IMG/VR virus record: IMGVR_UViG_3300044541_000049
Coordinates: 1-57,645 of that record
Length of the DNA stretch: 57,645 bases
Strand: one strand, 5' to 3'
DNA from: a virus
Lineage: Duplodnaviria; Caudoviricetes
Shown: piece by piece, positions 25,117 through 34,358 of the stretch
How positions within the stretch are numbered: the stretch's first letter is position 1
Layout: each line of letters begins with the position of its first letter
Translations under genes and position numbers: made by a program
Notes under the pieces: model-generated
What the model saw: the letters and a program-made list of their open reading frames with translations, nothing else
Databases searched by the model: none
What the model was told of the DNA's origin: nothing

Positions 25117-25346
25117 GTGTCTACGGCATGAGCGAAGAGGCCCCCGTCACGGTGCACTTCGCGGTGATCGAGACGATCGAGTCGGGTACCGAGTTCACGC
25201 ACGGCTACTCGCGCCCGTACGTGGACATCAAGACGGCGCGGATGCGGTTGTCCACCCTGATGCGTGATGCCGAACGAAGCGGTGTCGCGTGTGTGGGGTG
25301 GATCGAGTCGTACCCCTTGAAGGGCGGGAGTGCTTCGGAATGGTGA
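25113..25346 (+). CDS. Hypothetical protein
   Basis: Overlapping start/stop chain. Confidence 0.55.
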   Translation: MSVYGMSEEAPVTVHFAVIETIESGTEFTHGYSRPYVDIKTARMRLSTLMRDAERSGVACVGWIESYPLKGGSASEW

Positions 25347-25540
25347 TCAAGAGGTGCGACGTCTGCGGGTACAAGCGTCAGGACGTGTACCCGCACGAGG
25401 CGGCGTGCGGCGACAGGGAGGTCAAGGACATGTGCGAGTCGTGCCGTGAGCGCGATCGTGAGGGATACGAGGAACAGATGGCCCTATACGCCGAGTGGAC
25501 CAGGGATGCTGAGGACGCCGTGAGGGGTGGGCTGTGGTGA
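25340..25540 (+). CDS. Small zinc-finger protein
   Basis: CDVC...MCESC. Confidence 0.55.
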   Translation: MVIKRCDVCGYKRQDVYPHEAACGDREVKDMCESCRERDREGYEEQMALYAEWTRDAEDAVRGGLW

Positions 25541-25704
25541 GCACCTATGTGTGCCGCGTGTGCAAGGTCTTCTCGATCACCGTGATGACACGGCTCGCGA
25601 CGCGCGGCGGAAAGACGATCAAGGACCGCATGTGTCGCGGGTGCTGGGACGACATGCTTGACATCGCCAATGCGATCGAAGCCATGAACGGGGAAGGCGC
25701 GTGA
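25537..25704 (+). CDS. Small zinc-finger protein (55 aa)
   Basis: CRVC...MCRGC; GTGA overlaps at both ends. Confidence 0.55.
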   Translation: MSTYVCRVCKVFSITVMTRLATRGGKTIKDRMCRGCWDDMLDIANAIEAMNGEGA

Positions 25705-26381
25705 TGCGGCTCGACACGATCGCGACCGACGGCGGTCAACTGTTGGATGCGTTCTGCGGCGTCGGCGGGGCGACCTCCGGATATCGGTCGGCGGGGTGGG
25801 CCAGCGTTACCGGCGTGGACATCGCGCCGCAGGACGACTACCCGGGAGACCTGTTCAAGCTGGACGACGCGGTCGCGTACATCCGTGACTGCGGCCGGGA
25901 CTTCGCCTTCATCCACGCGTCGTATCCGTGTCAGACCAATTGCACGCTCACCCAGGGAACGAACAAGGGCAAGGTCTATCCGGACCTGTACCACGCCACG
26001 AAGGACGCTCTCGAAAGCACGGGTCGGCCGTACGTCATGGAGAACGTGGGCGGGGAGATCCGCCGGGACGTCACCCTGTGCGGCGAGATGTTCGGGCTCG
26101 GCGTGCTGCGGCATCGCCACTTCGAACTCGGGGGCGGGTTGAAGATCACCCCACCGAAGCACCTTCCCCACCGGGGCCGTGTCCAGGGTCATCGACACGG
26201 TAAGTGGTACGACGGCCCGTATCTTCCGGTGTACGGGAACGGTGGCGGAAAGGGATCGACGACGGAGTGGAAGCGGGCCATGGGCATCACCCACACCGAC
26301 GACCGCCACGGCATCTCGCAGGCCATCCCGCCCGCGTATACGTGGTGGCTGACCATGAACGCGTGGGTCGACGAGCACTGA
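25701..26381 (+). CDS. Compact C5-cytosine DNA methyltransferase
   Basis: LLDAFCGVGG (motif I), SYPCQ (IV), MENV (VI), RHRHFE (VIII), ISQAIPP (X). Confidence 0.85.
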   Translation: MMRLDTIATDGGQLLDAFCGVGGATSGYRSAGWASVTGVDIAPQDDYPGDLFKLDDAVAYIRDCGRDFAFIHASYPCQTNCTLTQGTNKGKVYPDLYHATKDALESTGRPYVMENVGGEIRRDVTLCGEMFGLGVLRHRHFELGGGLKITPPKHLPHRGRVQGHRHGKWYDGPYLPVYGNGGGKGSTTEWKRAMGITHTDDRHGISQAIPPAYTWWLTMNAWVDEH

Positions 26382-26469
26382 CCGAGGGAGTAGGACGGGG
26401 CCGCGTCACACGGCGCGGCCCTTGTACCGTGATAGCGTTGTCATGACAGAGTCAGGGAAATCGAGAGGA

Positions 26470-26808
26470 ATGGCAACGATGGATTCCAGCGAAGTGGCAT
26501 ACCGACCGAATCGAATCGGCAAGGAAGGAGTGACCAAGCGGTGGTCGTTCAGGGAGGACGACGCGCTCACCCTGGCCGCGCGCGAACAAGCCAAGGCGAA
26601 CGGCACCACCCTGTCCGATATCGTCCGCGCACGGGTACGTGCCTATCTGGGGGAGGAAGGGTGGAACATCGACCACCTGATGAGCAAGGACGAAGAGATC
26701 ATCGACGCGGAGTGGATGTCGCATCTCGGCCGCACCGCACCCCGCGACCGTACGCGCGAGGGACGGCGTGCGGCGGTCGACCCCGGCGGGACGAGGGAGT
26801 TGTTCTGA
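26470..26808 (+). CDS. Ribbon-helix-helix DNA-binding protein
   Basis: KRWSFR...AREQAKANGTTLSDIVRARVRAYL. Confidence 0.7.
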   Translation: MATMDSSEVAYRPNRIGKEGVTKRWSFREDDALTLAAREQAKANGTTLSDIVRARVRAYLGEEGWNIDHLMSKDEEIIDAEWMSHLGRTAPRDRTREGRRAAVDPGGTRELF

Positions 26809-26817
26809 CCGGTACAC

Positions 26818-26852
26818 GGAGAGACCCCCACCTGTTCGGTGGGGGTCTCTCC
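26818..26852. terminator. Bidirectional terminator hairpin
   Basis: ggagagacccccacc/ggtgggggtctctcc between convergent genes. Confidence 0.75.
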
Positions 26853-27097
26853 TACGTGAACAGCGGGACGCAGACACTTGCGGCCGAGATGATCAATGCG
26901 ACCACGCCGGCAGCCATCCACACCCTCATCTCCAGATGGCGTATCCGCGTCTCCTGATCCTTGATCGTATCGGGGAGGTGACCCACGATCGCGTCGAACC
27001 GCGCGGTCAACGAGTGGACCGCGTCCTTGGTGGCGAGCACTTCGCGATATACCTCCCCGGAGGTGATGACCACGTACCCCTCCGGGATGGTCGTCAC
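26852..27097 (-). CDS. Lysis-cassette membrane protein (coiled coil plus C-terminal TM helix)
   Basis: DQETRIRHLEMRVWMAAGVVALI. Confidence 0.7.
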   Translation of the reverse strand: MTTIPEGYVVITSGEVYREVLATKDAVHSLTARFDAIVGHLPDTIKDQETRIRHLEMRVWMAAGVVALIISAASVCVPLFT

Positions 27098-27363
27098 GTT
27101 GTGTCCGCGCCCGCGTCCCTCACCACCACGGTCTCCGTGAGACCCGGGCCGACCGGGCCGACGAAGGACTTGACGAACGACGCGAGGACCGACAGGAGCG
27201 CCGCTCCCCCCGCGATACCGAGACCCTTGGACCAGTCGATGTCACCGACGTCGGGCGAGCTACCCCCGTTCACGATGATGAACGACGCGAGCGATCCGGC
27301 TGCCAGACCGACGGCTCGTTCGCTCGTGGCCTTCAGGAACGACATGGTCGGATTGACGCTCAT
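27094..27363 (-). CDS. Holin (r1t-like)
   Basis: FLKATSERAV...IDW...IAGGAALLSVLAS; follows the endolysin. Confidence 0.8.
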   Translation of the reverse strand: MSVNPTMSFLKATSERAVGLAAGSLASFIIVNGGSSPDVGDIDWSKGLGIAGGAALLSVLASFVKSFVGPVGPGLTETVVVRDAGADTT

Positions 27364-28190
27364 GCGATCACCGAGAATCCGTGTACGGCGCCGAGACGGC
27401 GCAGGGTGGTCATGCCGGGGATACCGTCGGCGTCCGCGCCACTGAACCCGCAGCGCCGTTGCCACGCCGCGTAGGCCGTGACGGTGGAGGTCCCGTAATG
27501 CCCGTCCGCGAGGGAAGTGGACAGCAGCCCCTCGGAGACCAGGGCGTTTTCGATGTACCTCACGCCCGCGTAGGTGACCGGGGTACCGGCGGCCGGGGGG
27601 TTGCTGCGCGCCGCCGCGACCGACAGGGAAAGGTCGACCACCGGGACGTCGGTGGGAGGATGACCGCCTACCGCCGCGACGATGCCGGGGAAGATCTCCC
27701 CACGGAACTGATCGACGCGCGCGTTGCCGGGACAGGCCGTACCACCCAACGACCACTGGGCGAACAACCTGTGGTAGCCGTATCCCGGATCGTCCCACGT
27801 GCGACAGATCCTCAGGGGGATGGCGTGCTCGTGATGCATCCAGGTACCCAGCCGGATCAGGCTGTCGACCTGGGGATCGGTCCACGGGTCGGTGTGTTCC
27901 AGGTTGCTGGCCGTCTCCACGGACACGGCGCCTGTCCCGTCGCTTCGACGATTGGCGGACGCGTTGGCGTCCGCTCGGGTCTGCGTCCCGATGTACTGCC
28001 ACAGCGCGCCGTCGTACGCCACCCCGAAGTGACTCTCCAGATTGGTGGAGTCACGCCAGTATTCGTAGATCCGCTCGCCCGTCCACGGCGCCGCGATCGA
28101 GTGCATGATCAACTGCGTCGGCTTGATGGCCGGCTGACCATCGCTCTCGGGCTGGAGCTCACGTTTGTGCGCGTTGGGATTCCAACTCAT
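27360..28190 (-). CDS. Endolysin: N-acetylmuramoyl-L-alanine amidase with PG-binding domain
   Basis: IMHSI, SHFGV, SVE, YH...TACPG; ADGHYGTST...AWQ...ADGIPG. Confidence 0.9.
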   Translation of the reverse strand: MSWNPNAHKRELQPESDGQPAIKPTQLIMHSIAAPWTGERIYEYWRDSTNLESHFGVAYDGALWQYIGTQTRADANASANRRSDGTGAVSVETASNLEHTDPWTDPQVDSLIRLGTWMHHEHAIPLRICRTWDDPGYGYHRLFAQWSLGGTACPGNARVDQFRGEIFPGIVAAVGGHPPTDVPVVDLSLSVAAARSNPPAAGTPVTYAGVRYIENALVSEGLLSTSLADGHYGTSTVTAYAAWQRRCGFSGADADGIPGMTTLRRLGAVHGFSVIA

Positions 28191-28212
28191 GTCAGGTTCC
28201 TCCCTGTCGCGA

Positions 28213-29313
28213 TCATCGTACGCCCGGATAGGTGACGCTCCGTGCGTATCCCCGCTGTACGTCTACAGCGTGTGACCAAGCTTCCATCCAACGCCACGAG
28301 TTCCCGCCGTAGGTGAGCGACTGTGTCGCGGCCCACCCCATCTCGGCCTGCTCACGCCGCAGGGCCTCGCTCGTCATGAGCGTTCGCAGTGCGCGCAACC
28401 AGTCGCGGGGCCGCTTCGCCATGAAGCCCACACCCGTCCGTCGGTGGAAGCGCTCGTACTCGACACGCGGCGACGCCACCCACGGCACGCCGAGTGCAGA
28501 CATCTCCAGCACCTTCAACCGGGACTTGCCGTCGTTGAACGCGGACTGCGCCAATGGGGCGACACCCACGCCCAACTCCGACACGGCCTGTGGCCACTCG
28601 TCCAGCGGGAGGCCACCCGTCGCGGGCGGCTCGAACTCCAACCCGAGTGCCCGATCGAACCCGGCGCCGTCCCCGACCACACGGAACGTGAACCCCTCGT
28701 CGGCCAGGGTGCGCGGCGCGTGGCCGAGCAACGGCACGTCGTCCGGATGGGAATGCAGCGAACCCGGGTACCCGAACTCACTGCCCACGTCCGTGTGGGG
28801 GATCGAGTGGTAGTGGTCGGGAACGTAGTTGTCGATGACCCGAGTGACTCGTGTGCGCGGCGTGTACCGCTTCTCCAGTGCCCGCGTCGTCGTCGTCACC
28901 ATGGTCGCGTCACGGCACGCGTTCGCGGCGGACACCCACGAGAAGTCGTGGGCTGCCCTGGGATGGAGCCCCGCGAACGCCGGGTTGCTCGGGTGGATCG
29001 TGGACAGATCGTCATCCATGTCGACGACGACGGCCACACCCATCTTGCGGATGACCGGGATCGCGCGGGCGAGCACCCCGTGGGCCACGCGTTGCATGAT
29101 CAGCACGTCGGTGCCCGGCGGGATCCCGTCCACGCGGACGATGTTGCCCGCCGCGTCCACGCCGGCCTTGAACCCGTCACGCTCCCCCGGCGTGAGGATC
29201 GTGACGTCGTGCCCCTGTGACGCCAGGATCGACGCGGGGTAGATCATCCGAAAGTGGCCGCACCCGTACGGGTCGGCCGGGTACACGGCTACCTTCGGCC
29301 TGCCCCGGGTCAC
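28213..29313 (-). CDS. Glycosyltransferase (GT-B)
   Basis: GCGHFRMIYP, VVDMDDD, GVAPL...FNDGKSRLKVLE...GVPWVAS. Confidence 0.85.
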   Translation of the reverse strand: MTRGRPKVAVYPADPYGCGHFRMIYPASILASQGHDVTILTPGERDGFKAGVDAAGNIVRVDGIPPGTDVLIMQRVAHGVLARAIPVIRKMGVAVVVDMDDDLSTIHPSNPAFAGLHPRAAHDFSWVSAANACRDATMVTTTTRALEKRYTPRTRVTRVIDNYVPDHYHSIPHTDVGSEFGYPGSLHSHPDDVPLLGHAPRTLADEGFTFRVVGDGAGFDRALGLEFEPPATGGLPLDEWPQAVSELGVGVAPLAQSAFNDGKSRLKVLEMSALGVPWVASPRVEYERFHRRTGVGFMAKRPRDWLRALRTLMTSEALRREQAEMGWAATQSLTYGGNSWRWMEAWSHAVDVQRGYARSVTYPGVR

Positions 29314-29894
29314 CAGCGATCCCCTCGGCCGGACGTGTTGCCGGCCCAATGGTTCCAGATCCACGTTCGCATCGGTACGTGGTGGAACTTGGCGCCCGCG
29401 TCGATGCACCCGAGCACGAAGTTCCAGTCTTCGCCCGATCCACCCGCCCCGTCGCCCCCCTCGGGTGAGACGTACCCGATGTCCTGCGCCAACGCCGTAC
29501 GGACCAGTACGGTGACCGTGGTGTGCGTCGGGTTGAGCGGGTCAAAGGTTTTACCGAAGTGCTGCGGAAACGGGTCGCGTCCCGGCGGGGGGATGGTGAA
29601 CCAGGAGAATACGAAGTCCGCCCCGGTCTCCATGGCCGCGCCGTGCAACGTCGCCAGATGGTGGGGTCGGAACACGTCGTCGTCGTCGAGCAACGCGACC
29701 CACTCGGTCGATGCCGCGCGTACGGCGCGTGTCCGCGTGGGTCCGGCGCCCTCGTGGTGGTGGTCGATCGCCACGGACAACGCGGTAGGTTGCAAAGTCT
29801 GGGACGTCACCGACGCGATGGCACGCAACAGACGCGGCGCTCGTGGCGGGATGGACGGGATGCATACGGTGATGCCCGGCCGATGAACGGTCAT
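29310..29894 (-). CDS. Glycosyltransferase family 2
   Basis: ITVCIP, SVTSQT, EWVALLDDDD, GEDW. Confidence 0.87.
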   Translation of the reverse strand: MTVHRPGITVCIPSIPPRAPRLLRAIASVTSQTLQPTALSVAIDHHHEGAGPTRTRAVRAASTEWVALLDDDDVFRPHHLATLHGAAMETGADFVFSWFTIPPPGRDPFPQHFGKTFDPLNPTHTTVTVLVRTALAQDIGYVSPEGGDGAGGSGEDWNFVLGCIDAGAKFHHVPMRTWIWNHWAGNTSGRGDRW

Positions 29895-29939
29895 GGGTGC
29901 CCACTCCCGGAGAGACGATCAGGTCTCGATCATCCTACG

Positions 29940-30638
29940 TCACGACACGGGTACCGCTTGGGGGTAGGCCGCCGCACCACCGACGCGCCGCAGGCTGACG
30001 AACCGTGGGGTCTGCGCGTTGCCGACATGAACCACCCCGAGCAGCGACGAGGAGAGAGTCAGGGAGACGTCCGTGGTCATCGTCGCAGTGGGCGTGATAT
30101 ACCCCGTCCACTGCGCGTCGGCGTTCACGATGCCCAGACCGCCGAATCCCGGGCCGGTCGCCCACAGTGTTCCGGCGACGGTCGCCCCCTGGCGGACGCG
30201 GTAGATCGCGGGCGTGAGCGAAGCGCCGTTGATCAGCGTCCCGGCGCGCAGCTCGTATGCGGCGCCCACCCGCAGCACCGCGCCCAGGATCGTCAACGAC
30301 ACCGTCTCGGCGATGATCGTCCCGCTGTTCGCGGTCGACGCGGCGGTCATGGGTGTCGTGCTCGTGTCGATGATCGCGATGGCGTAGAGCCCGGCGGGTG
30401 GGACGCGGTCCACCATGACCCGGTCGCCGACCGCCAGATCACCGACGAGCGAGACGACCGTGACACCGACGTCGTCCCCGTCCATGACCACGCTCACCTG
30501 ACGCGGCGTGTACAGGCCGTCCGTGGCTGCGACCGTGCCGGGTCGGCGCCCCCACGTCAGCCCGAGTCGATCGGCCTGCCTCAACAACGCAGTGATCTGG
30601 GTGATGTCCGGTGCGCCTTGTGCTCGCTCATCGGGCAT
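29940..30638 (-). CDS. Minor tail protein
   Basis: OB-like N-terminus (GTV...VGDRVMV); beta-rich C-terminus; position. Confidence 0.65.
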   Translation of the reverse strand: MPDERAQGAPDITQITALLRQADRLGLTWGRRPGTVAATDGLYTPRQVSVVMDGDDVGVTVVSLVGDLAVGDRVMVDRVPPAGLYAIAIIDTSTTPMTAASTANSGTIIAETVSLTILGAVLRVGAAYELRAGTLINGASLTPAIYRVRQGATVAGTLWATGPGFGGLGIVNADAQWTGYITPTATMTTDVSLTLSSSLLGVVHVGNAQTPRFVSLRRVGGAAAYPQAVPVS

Positions 30639-31833
30639 CGTCGTACACCTTTCGCAGCGTGTGTTGCATCGGCGCACCTTCGAGAAGTGTCATCGTCCAG
30701 GCCAGCTCCAACCACCGTTCGCCGCGCCACAGAACGACGTCGTACGAGTCGTGCCGGGGGTCCGGAGGGGTGGACACCTGCGCTCGCTCGAACACGGTCT
30801 GGCGGCGCCCCAGCGACCGCGCCACGGCGGTTGCCTGGTTCTCGTCACGGAGCTGCATGTCCCGCACGTCCGGGATGACGAAGCCTCGCTTCGCGATCGA
30901 CCAGGGCGCGGCGGCCGGGACGTCGTACCTTCCGACCACGGGCTGAGCCGCGCTCTGCCCCACGCCCTGATTGCTCACCACCACGAACCGATTCGGCGCG
31001 ATCAACAGGTCGTCGGAGTAGGCGACGCTCCCCCGGATGGCCTCGCCGAATCGGTCCCAGTCGACGAGCGGGACGCGGTCGGTGGGGTCGAACGTGCGGA
31101 TCATGTGGAACGCCTTGTCGTTCCCGATCCACGGGGACCAATAGTCACCCGCCACCGCGAGGGCTTCGACGATCGTGCCGCCCGCCGTGCCCGCCTGCCA
31201 CCCCGCGTCGGTGGAGTACTGCGTACTCTCGATGTCTGCTTCCACGGTGAGACGCCCACCGGTCTGCGGGTAGTTCGTCACCCCGGTGGACAGCCCGCCC
31301 TGCAAGGCAATCCCGTTGAACAGCTCGAACTTGTTCAGGAATGCGATCACGATCGTCCGGATGTTCTGGCCGTTGCCTCCGATCTGTTGACCGGACCCTT
31401 GCTGCAACGCCGAGAACCCGTGCTCGATCTGTTGATTGATCTGGGTGAACTCGTCGGTCAGGGACAGCGATGCCTGATCGCCCGCCGTACTCCCGGCCCT
31501 CGTGCGATCGGCGCACATGTACCGGCCGAGCGGGAACGAGCGGCCGGACATGAGCATGACGGGTTCGATCCGGTGATAGATCGGGTCGAACCGCGCCGTG
31601 TCCGTGACCCCCAGCGCGAGGGACAGTGTGCGCTTGATCGTCCGCCCGGTGTCGTGGGACAGCGTGGGCGACGATCCTTTCAGCGGGGTGAGCGGTACCG
31701 GGTCGCGATAGCCGTCCACGCCGATGAGGTCGAACCGGTAGGTCGACGCGCGGGAGCCACGGCGGTACATGTCGAACAGCGGGCTTTGCGGCTCTTCGGT
31801 GAGCGGGACCGACGTGTCGAGCGGTGAGGTCAC
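30628..31833 (-). CDS. Minor tail (hub-like) protein
   Basis: Position after tape measure; PNRFVVV, PDPRHDSYDVV. Confidence 0.7.
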   Translation of the reverse strand: MTSPLDTSVPLTEEPQSPLFDMYRRGSRASTYRFDLIGVDGYRDPVPLTPLKGSSPTLSHDTGRTIKRTLSLALGVTDTARFDPIYHRIEPVMLMSGRSFPLGRYMCADRTRAGSTAGDQASLSLTDEFTQINQQIEHGFSALQQGSGQQIGGNGQNIRTIVIAFLNKFELFNGIALQGGLSTGVTNYPQTGGRLTVEADIESTQYSTDAGWQAGTAGGTIVEALAVAGDYWSPWIGNDKAFHMIRTFDPTDRVPLVDWDRFGEAIRGSVAYSDDLLIAPNRFVVVSNQGVGQSAAQPVVGRYDVPAAAPWSIAKRGFVIPDVRDMQLRDENQATAVARSLGRRQTVFERAQVSTPPDPRHDSYDVVLWRGERWLELAWTMTLLEGAPMQHTLRKVYDDAR

Positions 31834-34358
31834 GGCGCTGTCCCCAGGTCGGCGGGTACGGGGAGGTCAAGCACTTCGATCACGTTTACGTTCAGATGTT
31901 CGATGTGGTTGCCGGTGGGCTTGCGTCGGTCGAACCGGGACGCGGGAATCTCCACGCTCGCGAACCAGCGATCACCCTCGCCGTTGCGTACGCACACGTA
32001 CGGGTTGGTCCACGAATAAACCGAGTCGATCCTGTTCCACGCCAGGGAACGAAAGTTGGCGAACCGAGGGCCCATGGCCGTGGGAACCGCCATGCCCTGA
32101 TTACTGAGCAACGTCACGGTGAACGCCTCCCCGCCGCGCTCCGTGCCGTGGAACCCCACGCGGTTGTTCCGACCGTACATCTCCTGGTACGTGACGGCGG
32201 ATCCCTCGTAGTAGGCCAGGTTCAACGGTGGCTGGGTGTCGCCCACTTCGATCGCCGCGAAATTGAAGATGCCGAACAGGTCCCACGAACTGGAGAACAA
32301 CCAGACGGACGGGTCGGTGGCGGGAATCGTGGCGGACACCGTGGAAGAGAACGGTCCTGCGATGCCGTAGTCCGTGACCATGCGGACCCGATAGCGGGAC
32401 GCGACACCCACGCGTGCCTCGCGATCGGGGAACGACGTGGACACGAGGGTGTACAACGTGGCGATCGTCTGCCACGTCGCGTCCACGTCGTCCTGCCGCT
32501 GCACCTCGTAGTACCCGAACGTGCCTGTGGCGGACGGTGCGGATGTGGCGATCGACGTCCAGTTCAGGGACACCGCAGACATCCCTGTGGGGATGCATCC
32601 GCCGGGCGTGCCGCAGTCCAGAGAGATCGGCGACAGGGGTGCCGTGACGACGGAGGCGGTCACCCCGGTGACGGTCGGGGGATCCTGGACCAGATAGAAC
32701 GCGACGTCCTCGTTGGTGCGAAGGCCGACGGGCGGATATACGGGCGACGCGAACGACGTCGCGTAGTTGCTCGAACTGTTGTCACCGGGGCCGATGGAGC
32801 CCCTGTCCACGAGTACCTGCCACTGCGCCCCGGTCGCGGCGGGCGAGGACCATGTGATCGTCTCACTCGTGGACACCACCGTGGGAGCAGGGAACCGTAG
32901 CGTCACCTGACGCCATCCGTCGGCGATCTCGGGCAGCGCCAGGAACGCCGCGCACGTGATCGACACGGACGCGGTCAGGACGGACGCGGTCAGCGCTGGG
33001 ACGTTGGTGCAGTCGACGTTGAACCGGCGCGCCCAGAACCGGATGAACGGGTAGGGAGTGGGATCCACGGTGCCCGTTAGGAACGACTGTGTCAGCGAAG
33101 ATCCTGCGTACACCGGCGCACCTACGACACGGCCGTAGGCGTGGGTGCTTGCCAGACTCGAACCGTTGTAGGTGTCCGAGTAGGCGAGATACGGCAGGAT
33201 GCGTGTTTCGGCCACGTCGAACTTTTCGCCCACCCGCGAAGCGCGGTCCAACTCGATACCGCGTAGCTTGCTGTTCGGCATCGGATACAACTCGCGGGCT
33301 GCCTGCGCCGTGGGCTTGCCACCCTCCTCCGCGAAGAACAGGCCGAAGAACGGAAGGACCTGATCACCCGCGTCCGCGATGCACGAGGTGAGCGCGTATT
33401 CCCCGACGGGCAACGCCGTACCGGTGACGAACGTGGTGGACGTGCGCATGACGACGTTGTTGACCGCGTCGCCGATGGTGTAATCGTTGTTCGGGGGTGA
33501 GAGCGTCCCGGAGTTGTTGCCCACCGACGCCGACCCGTAGCGGAGACGGTTCTCCACACAGTAGGTGATCTCCAGCGCCAGGTATTCGATCCGCAACGTC
33601 GTCGTCGTGGGCGTGGTGGAGGAGACACGGAAGCGCATGGGCGTCGCCCCGCCGGCCGCGAACCGCTGCAATTCCTGGTTGCGCCACGGGTACGCCTGTG
33701 ATCCGTTACCCGAGTAACCCCCGACGGCGAACGGATTGATCTCACCCAGGGACAGCCGTGATACGGACGTGATGTCTTCGGCGAAGATCGTCCCGGACGC
33801 GTCCAGTTTCCCGGACCCGTAATACGCGTCGTCGTTGGTGGGCCGGTAGTTGACGCTGTTGAACACCCCGCCCAGGGCGATGTTCGCCCAACCACCCGAT
33901 GCCGTGTACACGATCGAGACGTTCAGGATCCGCTTGTTCGTCAACTCCGCGTTGACGGAGGCCATGTCGAACGAGAGATCCATTTTGCACGGGTTGGAGG
34001 TCAGCGTCACGCCGCCCCCGCCGGCCGGGGACGCGAGCGCGGCGACGATCTCGGCGGACGTCGGGGGTGACGTCGTGCCGGTGACAGATGCGCTCGACAC
34101 GGGGACGGTCACGGTCTTGATCTCACCCACGTCGTCCTCGGTACCGGACGCGTAGATCGACAGCAACGGGTACTGGATGACCACGTTGTTCGCGGGCACC
34201 GCTTCGAGGAAGAACTGGCCGAAGGTGGGAATCTCGCCCGCAGTGGACGCGAACCGATAGCCGCGCTCGGTTCCTGCGTCCATCGTGTACGCGGCCGGGA
34301 CGATCGCGACCCATTCGTTGCCGATGACATCAGGGCCGTTCGGGTTGTACTGGGCCAT
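31830..34358 (-). CDS. Minor tail protein with FN3-like domain (842 aa)
   Basis: Directly follows tape measure; LNW...YEVQR...DREARVGVASRYRVR. Confidence 0.7.
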   Translation of the reverse strand: MAQYNPNGPDVIGNEWVAIVPAAYTMDAGTERGYRFASTAGEIPTFGQFFLEAVPANNVVIQYPLLSIYASGTEDDVGEIKTVTVPVSSASVTGTTSPPTSAEIVAALASPAGGGGVTLTSNPCKMDLSFDMASVNAELTNKRILNVSIVYTASGGWANIALGGVFNSVNYRPTNDDAYYGSGKLDASGTIFAEDITSVSRLSLGEINPFAVGGYSGNGSQAYPWRNQELQRFAAGGATPMRFRVSSTTPTTTTLRIEYLALEITYCVENRLRYGSASVGNNSGTLSPPNNDYTIGDAVNNVVMRTSTTFVTGTALPVGEYALTSCIADAGDQVLPFFGLFFAEEGGKPTAQAARELYPMPNSKLRGIELDRASRVGEKFDVAETRILPYLAYSDTYNGSSLASTHAYGRVVGAPVYAGSSLTQSFLTGTVDPTPYPFIRFWARRFNVDCTNVPALTASVLTASVSITCAAFLALPEIADGWRQVTLRFPAPTVVSTSETITWSSPAATGAQWQVLVDRGSIGPGDNSSSNYATSFASPVYPPVGLRTNEDVAFYLVQDPPTVTGVTASVVTAPLSPISLDCGTPGGCIPTGMSAVSLNWTSIATSAPSATGTFGYYEVQRQDDVDATWQTIATLYTLVSTSFPDREARVGVASRYRVRMVTDYGIAGPFSSTVSATIPATDPSVWLFSSSWDLFGIFNFAAIEVGDTQPPLNLAYYEGSAVTYQEMYGRNNRVGFHGTERGGEAFTVTLLSNQGMAVPTAMGPRFANFRSLAWNRIDSVYSWTNPYVCVRNGEGDRWFASVEIPASRFDRRKPTGNHIEHLNVNVIEVLDLPVPADLGTAP

